This document shows positions 8,990 to 17,011 of a DNA stretch of 64,000 nucleotides, piece after piece; the first letter of the stretch is position 1; the number at the start of each line of letters is the position of its first letter. This DNA comes from Clostridium sp. CAG:302 (lineage in GTDB: Bacteria > Bacillota_I > Bacilli_A > RF39 > UBA660), in contig FR887371.1 of NCBI GenBank assembly GCA_000431795.1, positions 14,837 to 78,836 of the forward strand. Reading direction: 5' to 3'. Below the pieces are notes generated by a model that was not told where the DNA came from, searched no databases, and saw only the letters and a program-made list of their open reading frames with translations. Position numbers and translations under genes: made by a program.

Positions 8990-10151
8990 TCACTTCAATT
9001 CCAATCAGTTTACCATCCTCTAGATATTTCATAGTTGCACCACCACCAGTAGAAACATGATAAAATTTCTTTTCAAAGCCAAGTTTATTAACTGCAGCAG
9101 CTGTATCTCCACCACCAACAATAGTTTTAGCCTTAATTTCACTAAGCTGTTTCATAATCAAATAAGTACCATTACTAAATCTGCCTTCTTCAAACATTCC
9201 CATAGGACCATTTAATATTACTCTTTTAGCGGTACTAAGTATCTTTTTAAACTTATTAACTGTTTTAGAACCTATATCATATCCAATATCATCATCTTCA
9301 AAATGCTCTATCATAGTATTACCAAGTACATCATCCTTTTCAGTAATAAAATCCTCCGGTAATACAATCTTATTTGAATATTTTTCTAACATTTTCTTAC
9401 AAAAAGGAATATGTTCATCACTGACGATCGATTTACCAACATTATATCCCATAGCCTTTAGGAAAGTAAAAGACATTGCTCCACCTACCAAAAGCTTATC
9501 ACATTTCTCCAAAAGTTTTTCAATAAGTACTATCTTATCATCTACTTTTTTACCACCCATTACTACAATAAATGGATGAGTATCACTATTCAAAACCATA
9601 TCAATCTTATTTAATTCATTTTCAATTAAAAAACCAATACCACTAGGTAAATACTTAGGTATCCCTGTAACAGAAGCATGCTTCCTATGACAAGAACCAT
9701 AAGCATCTTCAATAAAAATATCACCTAGTGATGCCCAGTATTTAGATAATTCTTCATCACAGTTTGATTCTTTTTTACCACATATATCCTCAAATCTAGT
9801 ATTTTCTACTAGTAAAACATCACCATTATTAAGTTCATCTATCATCTTCTCTAGCCTATATCCTCTAGTATCAGGAGAAAACTTAACATCTTTATTTAAA
9901 TATCTAGATAAAGCTACTGCTACCGGATACAAACTATTACTTTTTCTATCTAAATCATTTTTTACTTTACCCAAATGTGAAAGTAAAATAACCTTAGCCC
10001 CTTTCATAACAGCATACCTAATAGTCTTTAAGTTAGCTTTTATTCTAGTATAATCAGTTATTTTATTTTTACTATTCAAAGGCACATTAAAATCGCATCT
10101 TATAATAACCTTTCTACCCTCTAATCTATAATTCTTAATTGTTTTTTTCAT
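8970..10151 (-). CDS. pgk: Phosphoglycerate kinase
   Basis: Motifs IIRCDFNVP and GGGDTAAA. Length is 393 aa. Confidence 0.95.
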   Translation of the reverse strand: MKKTIKNYRLEGRKVIIRCDFNVPLNSKNKITDYTRIKANLKTIRYAVMKGAKVILLSHLGKVKNDLDRKSNSLYPVAVALSRYLNKDVKFSPDTRGYRLEKMIDELNNGDVLLVENTRFEDICGKKESNCDEELSKYWASLGDIFIEDAYGSCHRKHASVTGIPKYLPSGIGFLIENELNKIDMVLNSDTHPFIVVMGGKKVDDKIVLIEKLLEKCDKLLVGGAMSFTFLKAMGYNVGKSIVSDEHIPFCKKMLEKYSNKIVLPEDFITEKDDVLGNTMIEHFEDDDIGYDIGSKTVNKFKKILSTAKRVILNGPMGMFEEGRFSNGTYLIMKQLSEIKAKTIVGGGDTAAAVNKLGFEKKFYHVSTGGGATMKYLEDGKLIGIEVIDDEKK

Positions 10152-10242
10152 TTCTTATCCTCATCTATACCTAATTGTAACATATTTATCATTTTTAGTC
10201 TATATTTTAATTTAAAATAATAAAATATTATTGAGGGATACT

Positions 10243-11184
10243 ATGAAAAATATAATAGAATATTACTATAACTTAAGAATAGATGAACTGCATAATAATA
10301 ATGACGTCTATTATTTTGATTTAAATAATAATCACTTTACTTTCAAACCATACACAGATAATATAGATAAAAGTTATGATATATATAAACTAAATACCAT
10401 TATTTCAAATAAATTAAATATAGATAGTATAATACCAAATAAATATAATAATCCCTTAACCAAGGTAAACGATACCTATTATATCCTAATATTAAATAAA
10501 ACCAAAGTAAAATTATCATTACCATTAATATCAAACATGGCCCTATCAAACATAAATATAACATCTTTAGAAAGAAATAAATGGGAATTATTATGGGAAA
10601 GCAAAATAGATTACTACGAACTGCAAGTAAGAGAAAATGAAAAAAAATATCCCTTAATAAGAGAATCATTTGATTATTTTATAGGTATGGCTGAAAATGC
10701 TATATCTTATTTAGTAAATACCAAACTAGAATTAAAACCAACCATTACTGATCAAAAAGTTATATCCCACAATAATATAGTATTATCCCTAACCGATCCT
10801 TCTAACTTAATATTAGATCATAAAGCCAGAGATGTTGCAGAATACATAAAATTCTCTTTTTGGAGTAATAATAAAAATATATTTAAAGAATTAAATGAAT
10901 ATTTTTATTACAATTATTACTCACTTTATGGAATAAGAATACTATTCTCTAGAATATTATACCCCAGTTTTTATTTTATCTTATATGATGAAATAATAAG
11001 TAATAAAAAAGAAGAAAAAGAACTAAATAAAATAATAAGTAGAATAAACGATTATGAAGTATATTTATATAATATTTATTTATACCTAAGAAAACATTAT
11101 GATATACCAACGATTGAATGGTTAAAAAAAGAGGACCTAATCCTCATTTACAACCTTAACAACTTCAGGTATTTCATTTATTAA
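10243..11184 (+). CDS. Hypothetical protein (possibly CotS/YutH-like, unverified)
   Basis: A long ORF. The start was moved to the ATG at 10243, which follows gaggga. No firm motif was recognised. Its 3' end overlaps the convergent NifU-like gene by 48 nt. Confidence 0.4.
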   Translation: MKNIIEYYYNLRIDELHNNNDVYYFDLNNNHFTFKPYTDNIDKSYDIYKLNTIISNKLNIDSIIPNKYNNPLTKVNDTYYILILNKTKVKLSLPLISNMALSNINITSLERNKWELLWESKIDYYELQVRENEKKYPLIRESFDYFIGMAENAISYLVNTKLELKPTITDQKVISHNNIVLSLTDPSNLILDHKARDVAEYIKFSFWSNNKNIFKELNEYFYYNYYSLYGIRILFSRILYPSFYFILYDEIISNKKEEKELNKIISRINDYEVYLYNIYLYLRKHYDIPTIEWLKKEDLILIYNLNNFRYFIY

Positions 11185-11388
11185 AGCAGATTCAATACCA
11201 TCCTCTAATGTAACAGAGGCCAAAGGACAATTTGAACAAGCACCTACTAATGTTACATAAGCAACTCCATTCTCATATCTATTAAACTTAACAGAACCAC
11301 CATCATTCTCTAAATATGGTCTTATTTTATCTAATACTTCACATATCTTTTTTTCAATTTCTTTATTATCCATAATTTTTCTCACCAC
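11137..11388 (-). CDS. NifU-like (Nfu C-terminal domain) Fe-S cluster protein
   Basis: Motifs DGGSVKF and GACSNCPLASVTLEDGIE. Confidence 0.8.
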   Translation of the reverse strand: MVRKIMDNKEIEKKICEVLDKIRPYLENDGGSVKFNRYENGVAYVTLVGACSNCPLASVTLEDGIESALINEIPEVVKVVNED

Positions 11389-11477
11389 AATTATTATATA
11401 TTTTTTTTATAAAAAAAACAATAATATATTCTAAAAATAAAGAAAAAGTGCTATAATAATGCCAGTGAGGAAGAAAT

Positions 11478-11834
11478 ATGAAAAAAATAGAGAAAGAAGA
11501 TGTGGTCAAAGTCATAGTAACAGGGATTCAAAAATATGGTGTTTTTGCCCAAACTGATAACTATGAAGGACTAATTCATATTTCTGAAATATCTTATGGT
11601 TACGTAAAAAATGTAAATGACTATGTAAAAATTGGCGATGAAATATATGCCAAAGTTGTTGATGTTGATAATGAAGATAATCATCTGAAACTTAGTATAA
11701 AAGATATAGACTATAAAAATGATGGTTCAAAACTAGAAAGAATGGAAGAAACCAAAAATGGTTTTAAACCTCTAAAAGATAATTTAGAAATATGGATAAC
11801 AGAAAAAATAAAAGAAATTACTAATAAAATGTAA
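11478..11834 (+). CDS. S1 RNA-binding domain protein (YabR/CvfD-like)
   Basis: An S1 fold pattern: VTGIQKYGVFAQ...GLIHISEIS...GDEIYAKVVDVD. Confidence 0.7.
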   Translation: MKKIEKEDVVKVIVTGIQKYGVFAQTDNYEGLIHISEISYGYVKNVNDYVKIGDEIYAKVVDVDNEDNHLKLSIKDIDYKNDGSKLERMEETKNGFKPLKDNLEIWITEKIKEITNKM

Positions 11835-11861
11835 AAAATGTAAAAAATGTTGCCAAATCTC

Positions 11862-11891
11862 TTGACAAGCGCCATAAATAAATGGTATATT
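11862..11891 (+). promoter_or_regulatory. Sigma-A-type promoter of the tRNA cluster
   Basis: TTGACA at 11862-11867, an 18-nt spacer, then tggTATATT (extended -10) at 11886-11891. It lies 22 nt upstream of the first tRNA. Confidence 0.6.
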
Positions 11892-11913
11892 ATTGAATGT
11901 CCAGAGATGATAT

Positions 11914-11990
11914 GGGCGATTAGCTCAGTTGGTTAGAGCACTTGCCTTACAAGCAAGGGGTCATAGGTTCGAGTCCTATATCGCCCACCA
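11914..11990 (+). tRNA. tRNA-Val (anticodon TAC)
   Basis: A cloverleaf folded by hand: acceptor gggcgat/atcgccc, anticodon stem cttgc/gcaag, loop ctTACaa, T-loop ttcgagt, encoded CCA. Confidence 0.95.
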
Positions 11991-11999
11991 TTTATTTAT

Positions 12000-12075
<76 letters not shown>

Positions 12076-12083
12076 TTTTTTTT

Positions 12084-12167
12084 GGAGGGATAGCGAAGTG
12101 GTCAAACGCGGCAGACTGTAAATCTGTTCCTTCGGGTTCCATGGTTCAAATCCATGTCCCTCCACCA
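12084..12167 (+). tRNA. tRNA-Tyr (anticodon GTA)
   Basis: Acceptor ggaggga/tccctcc, anticodon loop ctGTAaa, a long variable arm (class II), encoded CCA. Confidence 0.95.
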
Positions 12168-12176
12168 CTTGATTAT

Positions 12177-12251
12177 TGCCTCGTAGCCAAGCGGTAAGGC
12201 ACCACACTTTGACTGTGGCATTCGTAAGTTCGAATCTTGCCGAGGCAACCA
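12177..12251 (+). tRNA. tRNA-Gln (anticodon TTG)
   Basis: Acceptor tgcctcg/cgaggca, anticodon stem ccaca/tgtgg, loop ctTTGac, encoded CCA. Confidence 0.9.
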
Positions 12252-12260
12252 ATCAATTTT

Positions 12261-12336
12261 GCTCCGTTAGCTCAGTCGGTAGAGCATTTGACTTTTAATC
12301 AAAGGGTCTGGAGTTCGAATCTCCAACGGGGCACCA
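12261..12336 (+). tRNA. tRNA-Lys (anticodon TTT)
   Basis: Acceptor gctccgt/acggggc, anticodon loop ctTTTaa, T-loop ttcgaat, encoded CCA. Confidence 0.95.
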
Positions 12337-12347
12337 CTTTAAATACA

Positions 12348-12373
12348 AAAGCCTTATAAAATAAGGCTTTTTT
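12348..12373 (+). terminator. Intrinsic terminator of the tRNA cluster
   Basis: A 10-bp stem aaagccttat/ataaggcttt with loop aaa, followed by a T-run. Confidence 0.8.
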
Positions 12374-12426
12374 ATATTATGACACTAAAACAAAAATTAA
12401 AAAAACTAACCACTTTTTTCAAATGG

Positions 12427-13140
12427 TTAGTTTTTACTTTTCCTCATATTAAAATAAGAATAAAACATAAACTCAAAGCCATCCAAATAAAACTTATATG
12501 TATCCATAGTAACCTTATTAAATAGAGATAAAACAACATGTTTATCATTATTGTACAAATATATAACTTTAAGCATATTCAAAAGTTTTTCAATATCATT
12601 CGCATCATCAATATTCAGTTTATCAACCTTTACAGAGAAATCCTCAAAATATTCATTAAGTTCTTCCTTAAAAGTACAAATATTATAATAAAAATTACTA
12701 ACAATAATTTTATCATATTCTCTTCTATAGTATTTAATATTATCATTGTCAAACACATACTTATTACAAAGCAAAATATCACTATTATTCTTTAAGCAAG
12801 CTGCAATTATTTCATACTCAGAATCAATATTATAATTAAAATTGTCATAAAAATAATGAATAAAATTATCGAGCACATAAACATAATGATTATAACTATC
12901 AACATAATCTTTTTTTAGCACCGGTTTGTTATTACTATATATAGGGACACCACCAATTTTCTTTATACTAGAGTCAAGTATCCCACTTTCAATAATTTTA
13001 AATATAAGCAAACTATTACCAATATTTATCTTTTTCGTTTGTTTAATTAATTTATTCTTTTTAATAGATAGAATTATACTTTTTTTACTACTGCCAAATT
13101 TTATTTTCTTTTGCATCATGTATCCCTTTCCTATCATCAC
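12427..13140 (-). CDS. Hypothetical protein
   Basis: A 237-aa ORF with no recognisable motif. The exact start is uncertain because of several in-frame Met codons. Confidence 0.4.
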   Translation of the reverse strand: MMIGKGYMMQKKIKFGSSKKSIILSIKKNKLIKQTKKINIGNSLLIFKIIESGILDSSIKKIGGVPIYSNNKPVLKKDYVDSYNHYVYVLDNFIHYFYDNFNYNIDSEYEIIAACLKNNSDILLCNKYVFDNDNIKYYRREYDKIIVSNFYYNICTFKEELNEYFEDFSVKVDKLNIDDANDIEKLLNMLKVIYLYNNDKHVVLSLFNKVTMDTYKFYLDGFEFMFYSYFNMRKSKN

Positions 13141-13252
13141 CTAATAAAGTTGACTTATTTAGAATAACACAAACACAAATACATTACCATACAAAAATAA
13201 ACATCAGTGAATTTAAAGTGATAATATTATTTTTGTTAATTAATAGTTAACC

Positions 13253-13293
13253 AAAAAAAATAAAGAAAATAAGCCATTCACAGCCTATTTTCT
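13253..13293 (-). terminator. Intrinsic terminator downstream of yutD
   Basis: On the minus strand: agaaaata-ggctgtgaatggct-tattttct followed by ttatttttttt. Confidence 0.7.
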
Positions 13294-13302
13294 AATATAT
13301 CA

Positions 13303-13587
13303 CTATTTGCCAGTAACTCTCTTTAACACAAAGTATTTGCAGTCCACTGCACAGTTATCTGTCAAATACTTATCCAAATACTTATAATTATTAATATTTT
13401 TAGCCTTCTTATTAGTCTCTTCATAGAAGCCCTTTAACCTAAGTTTACCATAAGCAATATCCCCTACTATATAATCATAATCACTAAAGAAATCAGTATA
13501 ATGACTAGTAAACTCATTCAAATCAAACCCATCTTTATAATTATTTATAAGTTCATACTTATTATTTTCAACCTCAATAAATTTCAT
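13303..13587 (-). CDS. yutD: YutD-like protein (DUF1027)
   Basis: YELINNYKDGFDLNEF...DYIVGDIAYGKLRLKGFY matches the YutD family pattern. Confidence 0.7.
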   Translation of the reverse strand: MKFIEVENNKYELINNYKDGFDLNEFTSHYTDFFSDYDYIVGDIAYGKLRLKGFYEETNKKAKNINNYKYLDKYLTDNCAVDCKYFVLKRVTGK

Positions 13588-13595
13588 AATATCTC

Positions 13596-15266
13596 CTATC
13601 CATAATTCTTTGCAAATGCACTCTTAATCTGTTCATACTTAGCCAAACTAGAGGCTGAATTCCAAGTAATAAATCCACCATCCAATCCAGCATCATATAA
13701 TGCCCTTACCTGATCTTCAATCTTACCAGCATTATAAATAACCTTAGGATTCCAATAAGGCGTATCATAAGCCGTTATCCATGTTCTAGCAACCGCAGGT
13801 GTAGGTATTTCTTTTTGTCTTGCACTAGCCCCCTTAGCCCAATTATTAACTGTCTGATATGCATTAGTCCAGGTATCAACACTTCTACCAAAATGGTCCG
13901 TATAAGGCATTGAACTAATAGCATCAACAATATTAGAGATTGCAGGCCAATATTGCCCATATGCTGTTACATACTCACTAGAACATTCACCAAATACATC
14001 AACCGATAAATATATACCCTCTTTATGTATCTGATCAGTAGCATAGAATAGAAAATTCTGCACAGCCTCAGCCTTTTCCTCATCATATTTATTTTTAAAG
14101 TCAGCCTTTGCTACTGACAAATTATAAGCATTCTCTGGAAATCTAACATAATCAAATTGTATCTCATTAAAGCCCATTTCTCTAGCAGCCTCTTTAGCAA
14201 GTTCCACATTATAATACCACACATTCCTACTATAAGCAGATGGCCATCCAGTAGAATTAATACAGTCTTCCGGATGATCCTTAGCATAATGCGTATCATT
14301 AAATACCACTATTCTACCAATAGCATATATACCGGCCTCTTTAATCTTATCAATAGCGGCTTTATATAAACTATTATCATTAATCGCAGTCTTATAAGCT
14401 GTTGGAGATATCTCTTTAGCCACCTCAGAACTATATGCAAGTGCTCCATCCTTAATATCAACAACTATTGCATTAACACCATTTTCCTTAGCAATCTTCA
14501 AATAACTATCAATAGAACCAATAGTTCCAGCATTCAAATACATTGCCTTGGCACTTTTAAGAAGCTTATTATTCTCAAATTCCACTCTCTCATAAGGATA
14601 ATAATCCAAAGTAGATGCCTTACCACCATATAACTCTCTCAAGCCATACTTACGGTCCTTATGCGTATCATAAACAGAGTTCTCATTATACACCTCATTA
14701 GCGGTCTCTTCATCATTAACCAAATACTTACCATACACCCAGCCTTCAGTATTATCATTCTTAATCTTATACATATTAACAGAGCCATCTTCAAGAAGTT
14801 TATCATAATCAGTTACATCAATTTTATTACCCTTCTTAATAAAAGATTCAATCTTTGAGTCCTCACTATTTTGATATACCGTAACAGAAGTTCTAACATA
14901 CTTAACCTTTTCTAAGACAGCACTCTTCGCATCCTTAACTAAACTACCACTGTCAACATAATAAATACTCTTATCATAATCAATCTTTGTATAAGACTTA
15001 TTATCCTTAGTAATAGTATCCTTATAACTACTTACTTTAGTACCTCTTACCAAGTCCTTATCTTCCTTAAGATTACCATCATCATCCTGAATATAAAGTT
15101 TTACCACCTTATCACTAGAAGCCAAATACATAGCTTCCTTATTAATAATATCTTTACCTTTTCCAAGTAGTAACACCGCTAACACCACAATAATAGCAGA
15201 AATACCAATTGTAATACCTACCTTTACTGGATTAACTCTTCTTTTTTTTCTTCTTTTTTCACCCAT
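13596..15266 (-). CDS. Membrane-anchored putative glycoside hydrolase (DUF4015 / GHL TIM-barrel, YngK-like)
   Basis: An N-terminal TM helix, then NAIVVDIKDG, GRIVVFND and IQFDYVRFP, which are typical of the DUF4015 putative glycosyl hydrolase domain. Confidence 0.55.
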   Translation of the reverse strand: MGEKRRKKRRVNPVKVGITIGISAIIVVLAVLLLGKGKDIINKEAMYLASSDKVVKLYIQDDDGNLKEDKDLVRGTKVSSYKDTITKDNKSYTKIDYDKSIYYVDSGSLVKDAKSAVLEKVKYVRTSVTVYQNSEDSKIESFIKKGNKIDVTDYDKLLEDGSVNMYKIKNDNTEGWVYGKYLVNDEETANEVYNENSVYDTHKDRKYGLRELYGGKASTLDYYPYERVEFENNKLLKSAKAMYLNAGTIGSIDSYLKIAKENGVNAIVVDIKDGALAYSSEVAKEISPTAYKTAINDNSLYKAAIDKIKEAGIYAIGRIVVFNDTHYAKDHPEDCINSTGWPSAYSRNVWYYNVELAKEAAREMGFNEIQFDYVRFPENAYNLSVAKADFKNKYDEEKAEAVQNFLFYATDQIHKEGIYLSVDVFGECSSEYVTAYGQYWPAISNIVDAISSMPYTDHFGRSVDTWTNAYQTVNNWAKGASARQKEIPTPAVARTWITAYDTPYWNPKVIYNAGKIEDQVRALYDAGLDGGFITWNSASSLAKYEQIKSAFAKNYG

Positions 15267-15332
15267 TTTATCACTCCATTTTCTCTTAATATTAGTATAA
15301 CATATTTATACATTTTTTTACCAAAAAAATAC

Positions 15333-15370
15333 AAAAAAAGCACAAAATTATTTTATACCCATTTTATGCT
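15333..15370 (-). terminator. Intrinsic terminator downstream of the HD-domain gene
   Basis: On the minus strand: a 10-bp stem agcataaaat/attttgtgct with one G-U pair, followed by ttttttt. Confidence 0.65.
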
Positions 15371-15376
15371 CTTTAA

Positions 15377-15874
15377 TTATATATCTCTAGATAAATATAT
15401 ATAAGATTTACCCAGTTCAAAACTAATTTCCTTGCAGTATCTAACAAACTTTTCATATCCCCAAACAAGTTTATCAGCAAAAGCAACAACATAACTTTCT
15501 TTATACTTAGGTTTAATCTTAACAACCAACGGAAACATATGACTCTCAATAATATTAATTTCCTTCTTATTAAGATTAAAATGTTTCTTAGCATTAGTAC
15601 TTGCTATTTTAGGATGATTTCTAATTAACTTATTAGTATTTTTAGCAGTATACTTATTCAAAAAGAAATCATGAAGCATTCCCCCTCTAGCGGCACTAAC
15701 ATAATCCAAATCTAGTTTCTTACATATCCTATACGATAAATAGGCCACTCTCTTAGAATGCTCCATTCTAGTAGTTTTATGATGTGTGAAATCCTTTAAC
15801 TTATTAAATTCCCTATTCTTTAATATTTCACTAACTATTTCCATATATTCTATATCATCATTACCAGTTTTCAT
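15377..15874 (-). CDS. HD-domain phosphohydrolase
   Basis: HSKRVAYLSYRI and GGMLHDF (the H...HD signature). Length is 165 aa. Confidence 0.75.
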   Translation of the reverse strand: MKTGNDDIEYMEIVSEILKNREFNKLKDFTHHKTTRMEHSKRVAYLSYRICKKLDLDYVSAARGGMLHDFFLNKYTAKNTNKLIRNHPKIASTNAKKHFNLNKKEINIIESHMFPLVVKIKPKYKESYVVAFADKLVWGYEKFVRYCKEISFELGKSYIYLSRDI

Positions 15875-15944
15875 TATTACACCTCAGTATTATTTTATTA
15901 AAAACATAATATCATAATTAATTAAAAAGAAGCAACTCGTGCTC

Positions 15945-16376
15945 CTATTTATTATCTAACATATTAAGAAGATTAATCTTAAACATATCTCTCTCAGCAT
16001 GAGACTTAGATACCATTACTCCCTTATAAGTAGAAAGTTCTTTTTGATGTCCCTCAGTTAAAATATCCTCCGGAGTTAAAGTATCAAGCATTACTAATTT
16101 TTGATTTTCATACACTGTATAATGAAGTACAACATCACCATGTACTTTAGCAAACATCCTATCAGTAGGAAGCTTAAGCTCATACTTAGTAATCATATCC
16201 TTAGTGTTCTTTGATACTATAATACCCTTGAAATCACCATCTCTAAATGATGGATAAAAATCAAAAACTAACTTCTTATAAGCAAGCATATTATATTTCT
16301 TAACAGCACGTTCTTTTTTTCTAAATTCATTTTCATTTAGATATTCAATAACAAAACTATTCTTCATTTTAACCAT
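15945..16376 (-). CDS. Hypothetical protein
   Basis: A 143-aa ORF with a strong upstream promoter. No motif was recognised with confidence. Confidence 0.45.
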   Translation of the reverse strand: MVKMKNSFVIEYLNENEFRKKERAVKKYNMLAYKKLVFDFYPSFRDGDFKGIIVSKNTKDMITKYELKLPTDRMFAKVHGDVVLHYTVYENQKLVMLDTLTPEDILTEGHQKELSTYKGVMVSKSHAERDMFKINLLNMLDNK

Positions 16377-16403
16377 CCCCCTAGTTCAAACGAATGTATT
16401 TCG

Positions 16404-16433
16404 ATTATACCACAAAAATACTAGTATTGTCAA
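16404..16433 (-). promoter_or_regulatory. Sigma-A-type promoter of the 143-aa gene
   Basis: On the minus strand: TTGACA, an 18-nt spacer ending in tgtgg, then TATAAT. Confidence 0.6.
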
Positions 16434-16453
16434 ATGTTTTTTTATGTTCTTAG

Positions 16454-16514
16454 CACTTCAAGCCTTATTTTATAAGTCTTTCAGTGTTGTTATTAGCCTG
16501 TAGTCTAATAACAA
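16454..16514. repeat. Tandem pair of hairpins with a conserved AGCCT-N-GTCT core (copies 3 and 4 of a four-copy family)
   Basis: 16454-16486 reads cacttca-AGCCT-tattttataa-GTCT-ttcagtg. 16487-16514 reads ttgttatt-AGCCT-gta-GTCT-aataacaa. It shares its core and architecture with 21766-21819. Confidence 0.6.
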
Positions 16515-16614
16515 TATACCAGCAGTATCTATCATATATAAGCCATGACTATATACAAAAAAAATATAACAGATATTTATATTATAAAAATAATTAAAAA
16601 ATAGTCATATTATC

Positions 16615-16644
16615 TTGACTATAATGTTTAAACTAGTATATAAT
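16615..16644 (+). promoter_or_regulatory. Sigma-A-type promoter of the orphan structured RNA
   Basis: TTGACT at 16615-16620, an 18-nt spacer, TATAAT at 16639-16644. Confidence 0.6.
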
Positions 16645-16716
16645 GTTGGCGTGGTTAATACTTATGGTGTTCTCTTCTTTTTCTAAGGTTTTTACTTTAG
16701 AAGGAGAGGTGATTTT

Positions 16717-16761
16717 ATGATAGAAAGTAATTTCTTAACCTTAGGGGGAGGAGGTTATTAG
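16717..16761 (+). CDS. Candidate mini-ORF 1 (MIESNFLTLGGGGY)
   Basis: The SD aaggagaggtg lies 5 nt upstream of the ATG. The ORF has 14 codons plus TAG. Its 3' end spans the SD of mini-ORF 2. Confidence 0.25.
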   Translation: MIESNFLTLGGGGY

Positions 16762-16764
16762 TAG

Positions 16765-16809
16765 ATGGAATTAGTTATAGCATACGCTTTAACTATTCTT
16801 GTTACATAG
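16765..16809 (+). CDS. Candidate mini-ORF 2, hydrophobic peptide (MELVIAYALTILVT)
   Basis: The SD gggggaggagg lies 10 nt upstream of the ATG. The ORF has 14 codons plus TAG. Confidence 0.25.
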   Translation: MELVIAYALTILVT

Positions 16810-16953
16810 CAGTAATAGTGCTAGGTAGCCATAGAAAATAGATAAAAATCGGGGCACCTCAGGGGGTTGCTCCGATAACTATAGTTTGAAGAGAACACCT
16901 TACCAAATAGGTGTTAGCCATTTTTATTATGACTAATTTCTCTTTTCATATAC

Positions 16954-16982
16954 ATTATATGATAAATTTAACAAAAAAGCAA
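16954..16982 (-). promoter_or_regulatory. Convergent sigma-A-type promoter facing the 3' end of the structured RNA
   Basis: On the minus strand: TTGCTT, a 17-nt spacer, TATAAT. A transcript from here would be antisense to about 16850-16945. Confidence 0.4.
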
Positions 16983-17011
16983 TAAAATTTATCAAATTAC
17001 AATCAGAAGAT

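Larger units (their letters stand above)
16650..16925 (+). ncRNA. Unclassified ~275-nt structured transcript carrying two mini-ORFs
   Basis: A promoter lies upstream. A perfect 12-bp long-range helix pairs ggtgttctcttc (16666-16677) with gaagagaacacc (16888-16899), extended by tggc/gcca. A T-run at 16921-16925 follows the closing helix. The segment is locally GC-enriched in an otherwise AT-rich gap. No + strand gene lies downstream. Confidence 0.45.

Noticed and set aside
16650-16925. Whether the structured RNA is a known housekeeping RNA or riboswitch: SRP/scRNA, RNase P, tmRNA, 6S or a T-box
   Set aside because: None of the expected signatures is present. There is no GGAAGGAAGCAGC-type SRP domain IV motif and no GAGGAAAGTCC RNase P core. 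There is no tRNA-like GGGG...CCACCA end and no ALAA-type tag ORF. There is no T-box sequence and no downstream gene to regulate. A 6S-like rod is not supported because the interior forms separate hairpins. The RNA is left unclassified. The raiA-motif and other large Firmicute ncRNA families could not be excluded by eye.
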